NCBI GenBank assembly: GCA_963785305.1 | Contig: CAWAUV010000007.1 | Coordinates: 448,001 to 512,000 of the forward strand | Direction: 5' to 3' | Source: an uncultured Planctomycetaceae bacterium | Lineage (GTDB): Bacteria > Planctomycetota > Planctomycetia > Pirellulales > PALSA-1355 | DNA length: 64,000 nucleotides | Shown here: piece by piece, positions 22,951-32,690 of the stretch | Layout: each line of letters opens with the position of its first letter | Position numbering within the stretch: position 1 is the stretch's first letter | Made by a program: the position numbers and the translations under genes | The notes under the pieces: generated by a model | Database searches by the model: none | The model's input: the letters and a program-made list of their open reading frames with translations, nothing else | What the model was told of the DNA's origin: nothing

Positions 22951-24186
22951 CTAGTGCTCTGTCAGCAACGGCACGATGGATGGTACTCTTTAGGCGTGGT
23001 TGGTTGAAAGATCGATGTTCCGATGCCAAGGAGGGCGCCATGGAAAAGTTTTATCGGGTGACGTTGACGGAGGATGAGCGGCGGGGATTGCGGAAGTTGG
23101 TTTCGACGGGCAAGGGCGCCGCGCAAAAGTTGAATCGGGCTCGCATGTTGTTGCTGGCGGATCAATCGGATGGCGGACCTGCCAAATCCGATCCGGAGAT
23201 TGTCGAGGCGTTGGGATGCGGGCGGGCCACCGTGGAGCGGCTGCGGAAACGGTTCGTCGAAGAGGGACTTGAAATCGCGGTCGATCCCCCGCCTCGAAAG
23301 CGAGTTTACCAGCCTCTGCTTGATGGCAAGGCGGAGGCGCATCTGGTGGCTTTGGCCTGCGGCGCTCCGCCGCAAGGCCGAGCACGCTGGACGTTGCGGC
23401 TGTTGGCGGATCGCATGGTGACGCTGGATTACGTGGAGCACGTCTCTTACGAGACCGTGCGGCAAACGCTCAAAAAAACGAACTTAAGCCGTGGTTGAAG
23501 AAGGGCTGGTGCTTGCCCAGTGGGCCATCGGCTGAATTCGTGGCCGCGATGGAAGATGTGTTGGAAGTGTACCATCGCCCCCAGGATCCCAGCCGGCCAA
23601 TGGTCTGCATGGATGAATGCAGCAAGCAGTTGGTGGCCGAAGTCCGCGATCCGCTGCCACCGCGTCCCGGAGACGTTGCCAAATTCGACAGTGAATACGA
23701 ACGCCGTGGCACGGCGAACATCTTTATGGCCGTCGAACCGCTGGCGGGCCAACGCACGGTGCAAGTCACCGATCAACGGACGCGCACCGATTGGGCTCGA
23801 TTCATTCGCTACTTGCTACTGACCGTGTATGCCAAGGCAACGGTGCTGGTGCTGGTCATGGACAATCTGAATACCCACGGCATCGCCAGCTTGTATGAAG
23901 CCTTTGATCCGGAGACGGCCCGCGCCTTGGCCGCGCGGCTGGAGATTCACTACACTCCCAAGCACGGCAGTTGGCTCAACATGGCGGAAACCGAACTGAG
24001 CGTGCTTTCGCGACAATGCCTCGACCGCCGCATCGAAAGCAAATCGCTACTGAGCCGAGAAGTGGTGGCCTGGGAACAGCAACGCAACCAGAATTGCAGC
24101 AAAATCGATTGGCGATTCACCACCGCCGACGCCCGGGTACAACTTAAGCGACTCTATCCCTCATACCAGACCTGACAGAGCACTAG
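22951..24186 (+). mobile_element. Complete IS630-family insertion sequence
   Basis: Perfect 15-bp inverted ends CTAGTGCTCTGTCAG (22951-22965) and CTGACAGAGCACTAG (24172-24186), which include the flanking TA/CTAG target; they enclose a split transposase. Confidence 0.95.
23040..24175 (+). CDS. IS630 transposase: orfA (HTH, 23040..23498) + orfB (DDE, to 24175), joined by a -1 frameshift
   Basis: YRVTLTEDER, GRARWTLRLLA; VCMDE, VMDNLNTH, HYTPKHGSWLNMAE; A7 run at 23472-23478. Confidence 0.93.
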
Positions 24187-24254
24187 TTCGTCGGGTGAAT
24201 GCCGCGCGATTCCGGGGTTCAAAGCGCGAACCATGCCATCGATTTCTCGGCAAT

Positions 24255-25315
24255 TTAATCGGCGGGCTCCAGGGCTCTGAGGGCAATGGCGACTTCGGCC
24301 GCCGACGCAAAACGGCTTCGCCAATCCCTGGCCAAGCAACGGTCGCAGATCGCGCGCAGCGCGTTCGGCGCCGACTCAGGCAATTCGTCCGGAGTCCACG
24401 CCTCGGTCAAAGAGTCCGCATCGTCAAGGCATTCGCTGATCGACGCGCTTGCGACGCTGGGTCGACCGAAGCACATTGCGAACAAGATCGCTCCCAGGCC
24501 GTAAACGTCCGTCGCGGGTCCAATGGGTCCCAGGGAACGATCCATTTGCTCGGGCGCCATGAATCCAACCGTGCCGGCGATCGATTCGGCATCTACCACC
24601 GCATCCGCCTCCGTCCAGGCAAATCCGAAGTCGGTCACGAACACATGTCCGCTGGAATCGATCAGCACATTCCCGGGTTTCATATCTCGATGAATAACTC
24701 CGCGATCGTGCGCATGTTGAACTGCATCGGCCACATGAGCCACGATCTTGGCGGCCGTGCTCGGCGGGATGTCGCCAGCATCGCATAGTTTGGTCAAGTC
24801 ATGACCATCGATCAGATCCATCACCATGAAATAGCCACCGTCCGCGAGCCGTCCCAGGCCATGCACGGGCACAATATTTGGATGGCGGAAGCGCGCCACG
24901 AGTTCGGCCTCTCGCACGAATCGCTCAACCAAACGCCGCCGACCACGGAGCTTCTTTCGCAATACTTTGACCGCCACTCGGCGGCCCGTGGATCGGTGGA
25001 TCGCGGTGTAGATCTTGGCCACGCCCCCGGACCCAATCATTGCGGTCAAATGGTAGTCGGCGTGTCGAAGCGCCGAGGAGTCCTCGGCTGTCCTCGCTTC
25101 CGTACCCCCGCCATGCTTCGCAATGGTTTCCGGGGCCTCGCATTCGTCGCTGATTGAAGGACATCGTGCGCGTCGATGCGACGTGCCAATTTGGCTGAGA
25201 TTCGGCCGCGGGCCAATGCCAAGAGCCGATCGGCATATCGATCGAAAAGCGCGCCCGCGGCGTGGCCATCTCCACGACGGTAGCGGTCGAGCAGTTCTCC
25301 CGAAGTCTCCGGCAT
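24255..25315 (-). pseudogene. ECF sigma-factor N-terminal fragment joined out of frame to a Hanks-type Ser/Thr kinase (degraded fusion)
   Basis: MPETSGELLDRYRRGDGHAAGALFDRYADRLLALARGRISAKLARRIDAHDVLQS from ATG 25315. Kinase motifs IGSGGVAKIY, VAVK, IHRDMKPGN, TDFG, FMAPEQ, DVYGLG are in the 24255..25838 frame. Confidence 0.72.
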
Positions 25316-25457
25316 GATGGCCATTGTTGTCCGTGATTTGGGTACTGGGCAAGTTTTTTTCCCATGCCGTGGCCGGCCGAGACGGCCAAAGTGCATCTAC
25401 TTGGGTGAACGCTCCTTTTTTGGCATTGTATCGGATTCTCAACAGGAAATTCGACCT

Positions 25458-25733
25458 ATGACTTACGTCGTGACTGAACCATGCGTCGGCTGCAAATACA
25501 CCGATTGTGTCGTGGTCTGCCCGTGCGACTGCTTTCGAGAAGGGGAAAAAATGCTCTACATTGACCCGACCGAATGCGTCGACTGCGACGCGTGCGTGTC
25601 CGAGTGCCCGGTGGAGGCGATATTTCATGAAGACAACGTGCCTGCCGAGTGGCGCGAATTCATCGCGCTGAACGCGGAAATGGCGGCCCAATGTCCGCCG
25701 ATCACGTGTAAAAAGCCGCCGCTGGCCCCTTGA
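25458..25733 (+). CDS. 7Fe-type (FdxA-like) ferredoxin
   Basis: MTYVVTEPCVGCKYTDCVVVCPCDCF..IDPTECVDCDACVSECPVEAIF. Confidence 0.93.
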   Translation: MTYVVTEPCVGCKYTDCVVVCPCDCFREGEKMLYIDPTECVDCDACVSECPVEAIFHEDNVPAEWREFIALNAEMAAQCPPITCKKPPLAP

Positions 25734-26203
25734 CCGCGGCCAATTCGAGCGACCATCGCGAGCAACGGCGGCGGTGCGCGGCGAGGACAATACGGCAAGC
25801 TGCTTAAGGCTTCCGCCCAAGTGCTTTTCGAACCACAACCGCTAACTGCCGCGGTTCGGACATCGCGCGTCGCCGGTCGGTAGCGAGGGTTCGATTGCGA
25901 CCGGCCGTCGGCGATCGGGCCGCGATCGGGCTCTCCCGCGGGAGTTCGCGACACGATGCCAGTTGCGGTTGGCATGTGACCGCCCAGACCGGTCAGACGG
26001 GGATCGCGAGTGTTTAGGTTCCATTTCCCGTTATCCGCGGCCGGCGGGCGAATCGCTCTCCTTTCCGCCTGGGGCCTACAAAAATCGAGGCTGCTGCTCT
26101 ACAAATAACGTCTCGCGGGCAATGGTTCGCCGCCGATGTTCGCGCGGGAAATACCCAGTCTTCCCAAAACCCCATGTTATCCAGCAACACAAGCACGATT
26201 CCC

Positions 26204-28210
26204 ATGCTTCACGTCACTTTGCCCGATGGTTCGTCGCGTCAGTATTCTCGTCCCGTGTGTCCGGCGGATATCGCCGCCGAGATCGGGCCCGGGCTCGCCA
26301 AGGCGGCGCTCGCGGCGGTGGTCGATGGCAAGGTGGTCGGCGTCGATGCGCCGCTACCCGCGAGCGGCGAGGTGCGGCTCACGCTGCTCACGAAGAAAGA
26401 CCCTCGGGCGCTGGCCGTGATGCGGCATTCGTGCGCCCACCTCATGGCTCGGGCCATCATGCGGCTGTTCGACGGGGTGCAGCTTGCCTTTGGGCCAACG
26501 ATCGAAAACGGGTTTTATTACGACTTCGAATTGCCGCACAAGTTGAGCGAGGCCGATTTTCCGGCGATCGAGGCCGAAATGGCCCGGCTCGTGAAGCTCA
26601 ATGAGTCGTTCGAGCGGATCGAGTCGCCGCGGGAGAAGGCGATCGCTATTTGCGCCGATCTTCGCCAGCCGCTCAAGGTGGAGCACATCGAGCAAGGCTT
26701 GGCCGATCATGCCACGCTCTCCTTTTATCGGCAGGGCGAATTTATCGACCTGTGTCGCGGGCCGCATGTGCCTTCGGCCGGAGCGATCGGGGCGTTTAAG
26801 ATTCTCAGCGTGGCGGGCGCCTATTGGAAAGGCGACGCCTCGCGACAGCAGTTGCAGCGGGTCTACGCCACGGCCTACTTCACCCAAGCCGAACTCGACG
26901 AACGGCTCAAAACGCTCGAGGAAGCCAAGCGGCGCGATCATCGCGTGCTCGGAAAACAGCTCGATCTGTTCACGACCAGCCCGCTCGTGGGCGCCGGACT
27001 CATTTTGTGGATGCCCAAGGGCGCCCTGGTGCGCACATTGCTCGAAGGCTTTGTGCGCGAGGAGCTCACTCGCCGCGGCTATCAGCCGGTGTTCACTCCG
27101 CATATTGGCCGAGTCGAGCTGTATCAAATCTCGGGCCACTTCCCGTACTACGCCGACAGCCAGTTCAAGCCGATCGTGATGAGCGAGGACGAACGCTATC
27201 TGCTCAAGCCGATGAATTGTCCGCACCATATCATGATCTACAAGGCGAAGCCCCGGAGCTATCGCGACCTGCCGGTGCGGCTGGCCGAGTTTGGCTCGGT
27301 GTATCGCTACGAGCAGTCGGGCGAGCTGGGCGGGCTCACGCGAGTGCGCGGGTTCACGCAAGACGATGCGCACCTGTTTTGCACCGAGGAGCAGGTGGCC
27401 GATGAATTTCGCGGCTGCTTGGAGATGACCCAGTCGATTCTGCAAGCCCTGGGAATGACGAACTATCGCGTGCGGCTCGGGTTTCGCGACCCGGCGAGCG
27501 ATAAATATGTCGGCGGCGACGAAGTGTGGAACCGGGCCGAGAAAGCGCTCGAGGAGGTGTGTCGCTCCGTGTTGCCGAAGTTCGACATTGCCCGCGGCGA
27601 AGCGGCGTTTTACGGACCGAAGGCCGACTTCGTGGTGTCCGACTGCCTGGGTCGCGAGTGGCAGCTCGGCACCGTGCAGCTCGACTACAACTTGCCGAGC
27701 AGCGAGCGGTTCGCCTTGGAATATGTCGGGGCCGATAACCAAACGCATCGGCCCGTGATGATCCACCGCGCGCCGCTCGGGTCGCTCGAGCGGTTCATGG
27801 GAGTGCTCATCGAGCATTTCGCCGGCGCGTTTCCGCTGTGGCTGGCGCCCGAACAGGCGCGAATCGTGACCGTGAGCCAAAAGTCGGAAGCCTACGCCCG
27901 GGAGGTCGAAGCAAGGTTTCGCTCCGCGGGGCTGCGAGTGAGCGGCGACTATCGGGCCGAAAAGCTGGGCTCCAAGATTCGAGACGCCCAGCTCGAGCTG
28001 ATTCCGTACATGATGGTGGTCGGCGAGCGCGACGCGGCGGCCGGCACGGCGGCGGTGCGCGACCGCATCGATGGCGACCAGGGCTCGCTGCCGGTGGCCG
28101 AGGCGATCGAGCGGCTGCTGGCCGAGGTTCGCGAGCGCCGGGTGCGGCAAGTGGCGGCGCCGATGGTGGCGGCCTCGCCCGCGACCGAGACCGAAGACCA
28201 CGCGTATTGA
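26204..28210 (+). CDS. thrS: Threonyl-tRNA synthetase
   Basis: TGS domain, [60 protein letters not shown]. Confidence 0.98.
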   Translation: MLHVTLPDGSSRQYSRPVCPADIAAEIGPGLAKAALAAVVDGKVVGVDAPLPASGEVRLTLLTKKDPRALAVMRHSCAHLMARAIMRLFDGVQLAFGPTIENGFYYDFELPHKLSEADFPAIEAEMARLVKLNESFERIESPREKAIAICADLRQPLKVEHIEQGLADHATLSFYRQGEFIDLCRGPHVPSAGAIGAFKILSVAGAYWKGDASRQQLQRVYATAYFTQAELDERLKTLEEAKRRDHRVLGKQLDLFTTSPLVGAGLILWMPKGALVRTLLEGFVREELTRRGYQPVFTPHIGRVELYQISGHFPYYADSQFKPIVMSEDERYLLKPMNCPHHIMIYKAKPRSYRDLPVRLAEFGSVYRYEQSGELGGLTRVRGFTQDDAHLFCTEEQVADEFRGCLEMTQSILQALGMTNYRVRLGFRDPASDKYVGGDEVWNRAEKALEEVCRSVLPKFDIARGEAAFYGPKADFVVSDCLGREWQLGTVQLDYNLPSSERFALEYVGADNQTHRPVMIHRAPLGSLERFMGVLIEHFAGAFPLWLAPEQARIVTVSQKSEAYAREVEARFRSAGLRVSGDYRAEKLGSKIRDAQLELIPYMMVVGERDAAAGTAAVRDRIDGDQGSLPVAEAIERLLAEVRERRVRQVAAPMVAASPATETEDHAY

Positions 28211-28355
28211 CCGGTGGCGAGCGGCGTCCGTTTTGGGCCGCCAGCGGGTCCATTTATTTGGCGCTGGGGGCTACTGGCGCGGTCTGGGGCTAGCAAAATG
28301 GGTCGTGGTGGATGAGCCGGGCAAAAAAACTTGCACTCTGGCGGGTCGTGACGAA

Positions 28356-28384
28356 TTGACGCGGCGGCCCCGAGGTGGCATTAT
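28356..28384 (+). promoter_or_regulatory. Sigma70-type promoter upstream of infC
   Basis: TTGACG-N17-CATTAT with an extended -10 TG at 28376-28377. Confidence 0.55.
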
Positions 28385-28506
28385 TTCAAGTTGCCGCGCT
28401 GCGGCCCCCCGGCGGCCGGTGTTGGAAAACGCCGTTGAGCGGGGCAGCGCTCCCCCGGCGTCGTGCATTGGCCCCACCCCGAAGTTTTGCAGGAAGGATG
28501 CAAGCC

Positions 28507-29007
28507 ATCGATCGCACCCAACGGATCAATGAACAGATCCGCATTTCACCCATTCGCGTCATTACGGCGGAAGGAGTTCTGCTAGGAATCATCAACACCG
28601 ACGAGGCGCTGGCCCGAGCCCGCGAAGCCGACCTCGATCTGGTGGAAGTCGCTCCCAACGAACGGCCGCCAGTCTGTCGCATCATGGACTTCGGCAAGTT
28701 CAAGTACCAGCAGAAGAAGAAAAAAGACAAAGGCCACACGCACCAAAGCAAGATCAAGGAAATTCGCGTGCGGCCGAAGACCGGCGAGCACGATCTCGAA
28801 TTCAAGGTCAACCAGGCGCGGGCCTTTCTGGCGCACAAGGATAAAGTCGTGGTTTCGGTGATCTTCCGCGGGCGCGAAATTGCGCACGTGGAAGAAGGCC
28901 GCAAAGTAATCGACCATATTTTGAAAGAGCTGGCCGAGGTCTCGAAGGTCGAAGCTTCGCCCTCGCATCAGGGCAAGCGCATCGTGGCGACGTTAGCGCC
29001 GAAGTGA
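28507..29007 (+). CDS. infC: Translation initiation factor IF-3 (probable ATC start; alternative ATG at 28498)
   Basis: [41 protein letters not shown]; lies downstream of thrS. Confidence 0.96.
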   Translation: MDRTQRINEQIRISPIRVITAEGVLLGIINTDEALARAREADLDLVEVAPNERPPVCRIMDFGKFKYQQKKKKDKGHTHQSKIKEIRVRPKTGEHDLEFKVNQARAFLAHKDKVVVSVIFRGREIAHVEEGRKVIDHILKELAEVSKVEASPSHQGKRIVATLAPK

Positions 29008-29082
29008 ACCCGGTTACCCGAAGCAAACCCGGCTTCCCCCGCGACGGCATCTCCCGCGCGGGTATCGCCGGTTCGTCGCCCC

Positions 29083-30396
29083 ATGACCGCCACGCCCGTC
29101 ACTCAGACACCCGTCGCGCACACACTCGTTACCCACACGCTCGGCTGCCGCGTCAACCAGTACGAAACCGAATGGGTTCGCCAGTCGCTGCTCGCCGCCG
29201 GCTATCGCGACGCCGCGGCCGATGAACTCGCCGACCTGTGCGTGGTCAATACCTGCACGGTCACGGCCGAGGGCGACGCCAAAAGCCGCCAAACGATTCG
29301 CCGCCTAGCTCGCCAACATCCGCACACGCGGATCGTGGTAATGGGCTGCTATGCCACGCGAGCGCCCGACGAAGTGGCCCGGCTGCCCAATGTGGTCGAG
29401 GTCGTGACCGACAAGCGCGAGCTGCCCGATCTCTTGGGACGGTTCGGCGTGGTCGACATTCCCACGGGCCTTGGTAGCTTTGCGTCGCGCAAGCGGGCGT
29501 ATCTCAAAGTGCAAGACGGCTGCATGCTCTCGTGCAGCTTCTGCATTATTCCGAAAGTGCGCCCGCACTTGGCCAGCCGCCCGGTCGAGCACATTTTGGA
29601 GGAAGCCTCGCGACTGGTGGCCGCCGGGCATCGCGAACTGGTGCTCACCGGCATTCACCTGGGGCACTACGGCGTGGAGTGGTGTCGCGACCGGCCGAAG
29701 CGGGAGTGGATGCGGCTTTCGCACCTGGTCGACCAATTGGCCCGCCTGCCGGGCGACTTTCGCGTTCGGCTCAGCAGCATCGAAGCGACCGAAGTCACTC
29801 GCGAACTGGTAGCGGTGATGGCAGAGCATCGCGACCGGGTTTGTCCGCATTTGCACATATCGATGCAAAGCGGCTCCGACGATGTGCTGCGAAGAATGCG
29901 GCGCCGCTGGGGCAGCCGCCGCTATGTGGACCGCTGCGCGCTGGTGCGGCGCGAGCTGGACGAGCCGGCGATCACGACCGACATCATCGTTGGCTTTCCG
30001 GGCGAGACCGAGGCCGACTTCGAAGACACCTGCCGCGTGGCGCGCGACGTGGGCTTCTCGAAGATTCACATCTTTCCGTTCAGTGCCCGCCGCGGAACCA
30101 CGGCCGCCACGATGCCGGAGCAGATCGCGCCCGAAGTAAAGGCCGATCGCGCCGCCCGGCTGGCCGCGCTGGAGATCGAATTGCGCGACGCCTATTTCCG
30201 GCGTCTCGAAGGCCGCCGGTTGCGGGTGCTCGTCGAAGGACCGGGCCGCGCTCCGGGCTCAGCCTTTGGCGCCGCGTGCCGCTACGCCCCGGTGGAATTC
30301 CCCGCCGCCGAGCCGCCGGTGAGCGAGCTCATCGACGTGACCGCCGGCCCGGCAAGCAACGGCCGGATCGCCGCCACGCCGATCGGAGGTCGATGA
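29083..30396 (+). CDS. mtaB: tRNA t6A37 methylthiotransferase (radical SAM)
   Basis: TLGCRVNQYET, VNTCTVT, LKVQDGCMLSCSFCIIP, VLTGIHLG, RLSSIE, IHIFPFSARRGT. Confidence 0.9.
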   Translation: MTATPVTQTPVAHTLVTHTLGCRVNQYETEWVRQSLLAAGYRDAAADELADLCVVNTCTVTAEGDAKSRQTIRRLARQHPHTRIVVMGCYATRAPDEVARLPNVVEVVTDKRELPDLLGRFGVVDIPTGLGSFASRKRAYLKVQDGCMLSCSFCIIPKVRPHLASRPVEHILEEASRLVAAGHRELVLTGIHLGHYGVEWCRDRPKREWMRLSHLVDQLARLPGDFRVRLSSIEATEVTRELVAVMAEHRDRVCPHLHISMQSGSDDVLRRMRRRWGSRRYVDRCALVRRELDEPAITTDIIVGFPGETEADFEDTCRVARDVGFSKIHIFPFSARRGTTAATMPEQIAPEVKADRAARLAALEIELRDAYFRRLEGRRLRVLVEGPGRAPGSAFGAACRYAPVEFPAAEPPVSELIDVTAGPASNGRIAATPIGGR

Positions 30397-30645
30397 TTGC
30401 CGAGGATACTCCAAATGGTTCCCATGCGTCCTGATTTGGCTAACGCCTTTTCAGGTTCCCGCGACTCGGTAAGATGAGAATCGGGCGGCGGATCGAAAAG
30501 TGGCTTGGCTTAATTCGAGCCTGCCCGACAACCCGGCGCGAGCATCGAGATCGCCGAAAAATCGCATGCTTTCTTTCATTCTCGGATTGGCTTTTAGGCT
30601 ACACTCAGTCGCTGTAAATGCAGCCGCAATGCAGGAGGCGCTCGA

Positions 30646-31131
30646 ATGGACGAACGACAAATCGGACTCGCGATCACATTGAAGGAGCTCGGAGTAAGTT
30701 CGGACATTTCCGGTTTCGACTCGCGGCTCATCCTGCAGAAGGCGGTGTACCTCGCCGAGGAAGCGGGGATTAATTTGGGCTACCCGTTTAATTGGTATTT
30801 GCGCGGCCCCTATTCGCCGGCGTTGACGCGAGATCTGTTTGGGAACGTGCCCGACGTCAATGATTTCGCGAACTGGGTTTTAGACGAGGGATCACTCGCG
30901 ATCGCGGCGCGAATCAAGTCCCTCGTCGATGGACCTGCGAACGAAGAGCCGTCCGCGAAGGCACGGCGTCTGGAGCTACTCGCGTCGCTTCGTTACCTAT
31001 CGCGTCGTCGTGGAATCGATGTGGAAGACGCCGAGGCGGCCAAGGTGTCACTGGAGCGGAGCGGCAAAGTTTTTACTTTAGATGAAGTCGCCGCCGCCAT
31101 CGACGAACTACGACGGGCGCGGCTCTTATAG
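30646..31131 (+). CDS. YwgA/SocA(Panacea)-like winged-helix protein
   Basis: RLILQKAVYL..GYPFNWYLRGPYSPAL..LELLASLRYL pattern; AGGAGG RBS upstream. Confidence 0.65.
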   Translation: MDERQIGLAITLKELGVSSDISGFDSRLILQKAVYLAEEAGINLGYPFNWYLRGPYSPALTRDLFGNVPDVNDFANWVLDEGSLAIAARIKSLVDGPANEEPSAKARRLELLASLRYLSRRRGIDVEDAEAAKVSLERSGKVFTLDEVAAAIDELRRARLL

Positions 31132-31140
31132 GGACTCGCG

Positions 31141-32508
31141 ATGGGCAAGCTGATCGTCGATTCAATCCACGGCGACATCCGCCTGAATGAGATCGAACGT
31201 CGTGTTGTCGACACCGCGAGCTTCCAACGCCTCCGAAATCTCAAACAACTGGGCATGGGTCAAACGACGTACCCAGGCGCCACTCATACTCGCTTCGCCC
31301 ATAGCATCGGCGTGCTGGGGATCATGGCGAAGGTGACCGATATCGCCAAAGAACCATTGCATTTGACCGACAAGCAGATCGAGGAGATTCGGCTTGCTGG
31401 ACTGCTACACGACATCGGGCACTATCCATATTCGCACCTGATGGAAGTGGTCGACAACGTCATTCTGACGGAAGACTTCGCGGCGCCGGCAAGTAAGTCG
31501 CTGGACGCTTCAAAAGTCAAATATCCCGACCATGAAGCGGTGGGCGAGCTTATCGTCACACGGCAGCAAGACATCCTCACCGCCCTCGGCGGCGAAACGC
31601 GGGCGAAGCGAATTGCCGATCTGTTTCGCCGAAACGAGACCGCCGATCAGCAGCTCAGCAAGCTGATTCATAGCAGCCTCGACATGGACCGGCTGGATTA
31701 TTTGATGCGCGACGCCAAGGCGGCGGGCGTGCCGTATGGGCACATCGACTTGAACTACTTGATCCACTGTCTCCAAGTCAGTCCCTCCGGCATGATCGGG
31801 GTCAAGCGGAAGGCGATTACGGCCTTGGAACACTTCACTTTTGCTCGCTTCTTCATGCACAAAGCGGTTTATTTCCACAAGACGACATTTGGGCTAGAAG
31901 AAGCTTGTCGGCAATTACTGCGGCGGTGCAAGGACCTTGGGCGCCACGGTGTCCCGGAATCGAGCGAAGCGATACAATCGATCGTGACCGGCGAAAATCT
32001 CGGGACGTGCACGGACGCCTTTGTCGATCGCATTGTCCAGAGTGCAACGACAGATGAGGACGAGTGCGTTTCTTCGCTCGCAAAATCCATTCGGAATCGG
32101 CAAACTCCGAAGCTTATCAGTGAAGTCGTGGAACTCGGCGCCGAAGACACCAGCGGCCGGCTCTTAAAGAACGATTGCAAACATCAATTGCGCGCTTTGG
32201 CGGACCGTCTTGGAATCCGTGTCGGTAGGTTCCTGTATGCGACGACGAAACCGCTATCCTTGGAAAAACGCGGGGCGACGCTTGACGCTACGGCCGCCCG
32301 CGGCATCGAGCCCGAGGAGCGAGACGAACTTATGAAGGTATTCGAGGACGGCAATGCCGAGCCGACCTCCCTCGTTGACCTGCCGGAGACACTGTTGCAT
32401 CGCCTCGGCGGCCAGCGTTGGTTCGCACATCGCTTGTATGTTGTCGATAACGGAGATTCCGCGCTCGTAGAAACCGCGAAAACGGCCGTCGCAGGTTGGG
32501 GTCGGTAA
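31141..32508 (+). CDS. HD-domain dNTP triphosphohydrolase-like protein (SAMHD1/YwfO/EF1143 type)
   Basis: DSIHGDI, FQRLRNLKQLG, YPGATHTRFAHSIG, GLLHDIGHYPYSH, LDMDRLDYLMRD, MHKAVYFHK. Confidence 0.9.
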   Translation: MGKLIVDSIHGDIRLNEIERRVVDTASFQRLRNLKQLGMGQTTYPGATHTRFAHSIGVLGIMAKVTDIAKEPLHLTDKQIEEIRLAGLLHDIGHYPYSHLMEVVDNVILTEDFAAPASKSLDASKVKYPDHEAVGELIVTRQQDILTALGGETRAKRIADLFRRNETADQQLSKLIHSSLDMDRLDYLMRDAKAAGVPYGHIDLNYLIHCLQVSPSGMIGVKRKAITALEHFTFARFFMHKAVYFHKTTFGLEEACRQLLRRCKDLGRHGVPESSEAIQSIVTGENLGTCTDAFVDRIVQSATTDEDECVSSLAKSIRNRQTPKLISEVVELGAEDTSGRLLKNDCKHQLRALADRLGIRVGRFLYATTKPLSLEKRGATLDATAARGIEPEERDELMKVFEDGNAEPTSLVDLPETLLHRLGGQRWFAHRLYVVDNGDSALVETAKTAVAGWGR

Positions 32509-32690
32509 CTTCCGGAGTCGACTCGCCGCCCAAACAGCCGCCATCGCATGCATCACGATGGCCGCCATGGAAGAGGCCTCATGCCAAGTGGCGACGCATG
32601 CGAAGCCGCTTCAACACGGATAATGGCGATTTTCCATTTCGGGCGGGATCGGTTGCCCCGAAATTGTTCGCCGATGCCGCGAGCTAGCCC

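Noticed and set aside
25316..25838. N-terminal extension of the 527-aa kinase ORF
   Set aside because: It overlaps the real ferredoxin on the opposite strand and has no protein-like features.
25740..26200. T-box or other structured leader upstream of thrS
   Set aside because: No T-box consensus (AAnnnGGGTGGnACC) or terminator/antiterminator could be identified by eye; an Rfam scan would be needed.
26354..28201. Long antisense ORFs (615 aa opposite thrS; similar ones opposite lysS, fabF, the MCP and HlyD)
   Set aside because: Shadow ORFs expected from high-GC codon bias opposite well-conserved genes; no recognisable motifs.
30397..32690. att sites or an integrase bounding the YwgA-like/HD cassette
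   Set aside because: No flanking direct repeats, tRNA or recombinase were found, so mobility is inferred only from context and composition.
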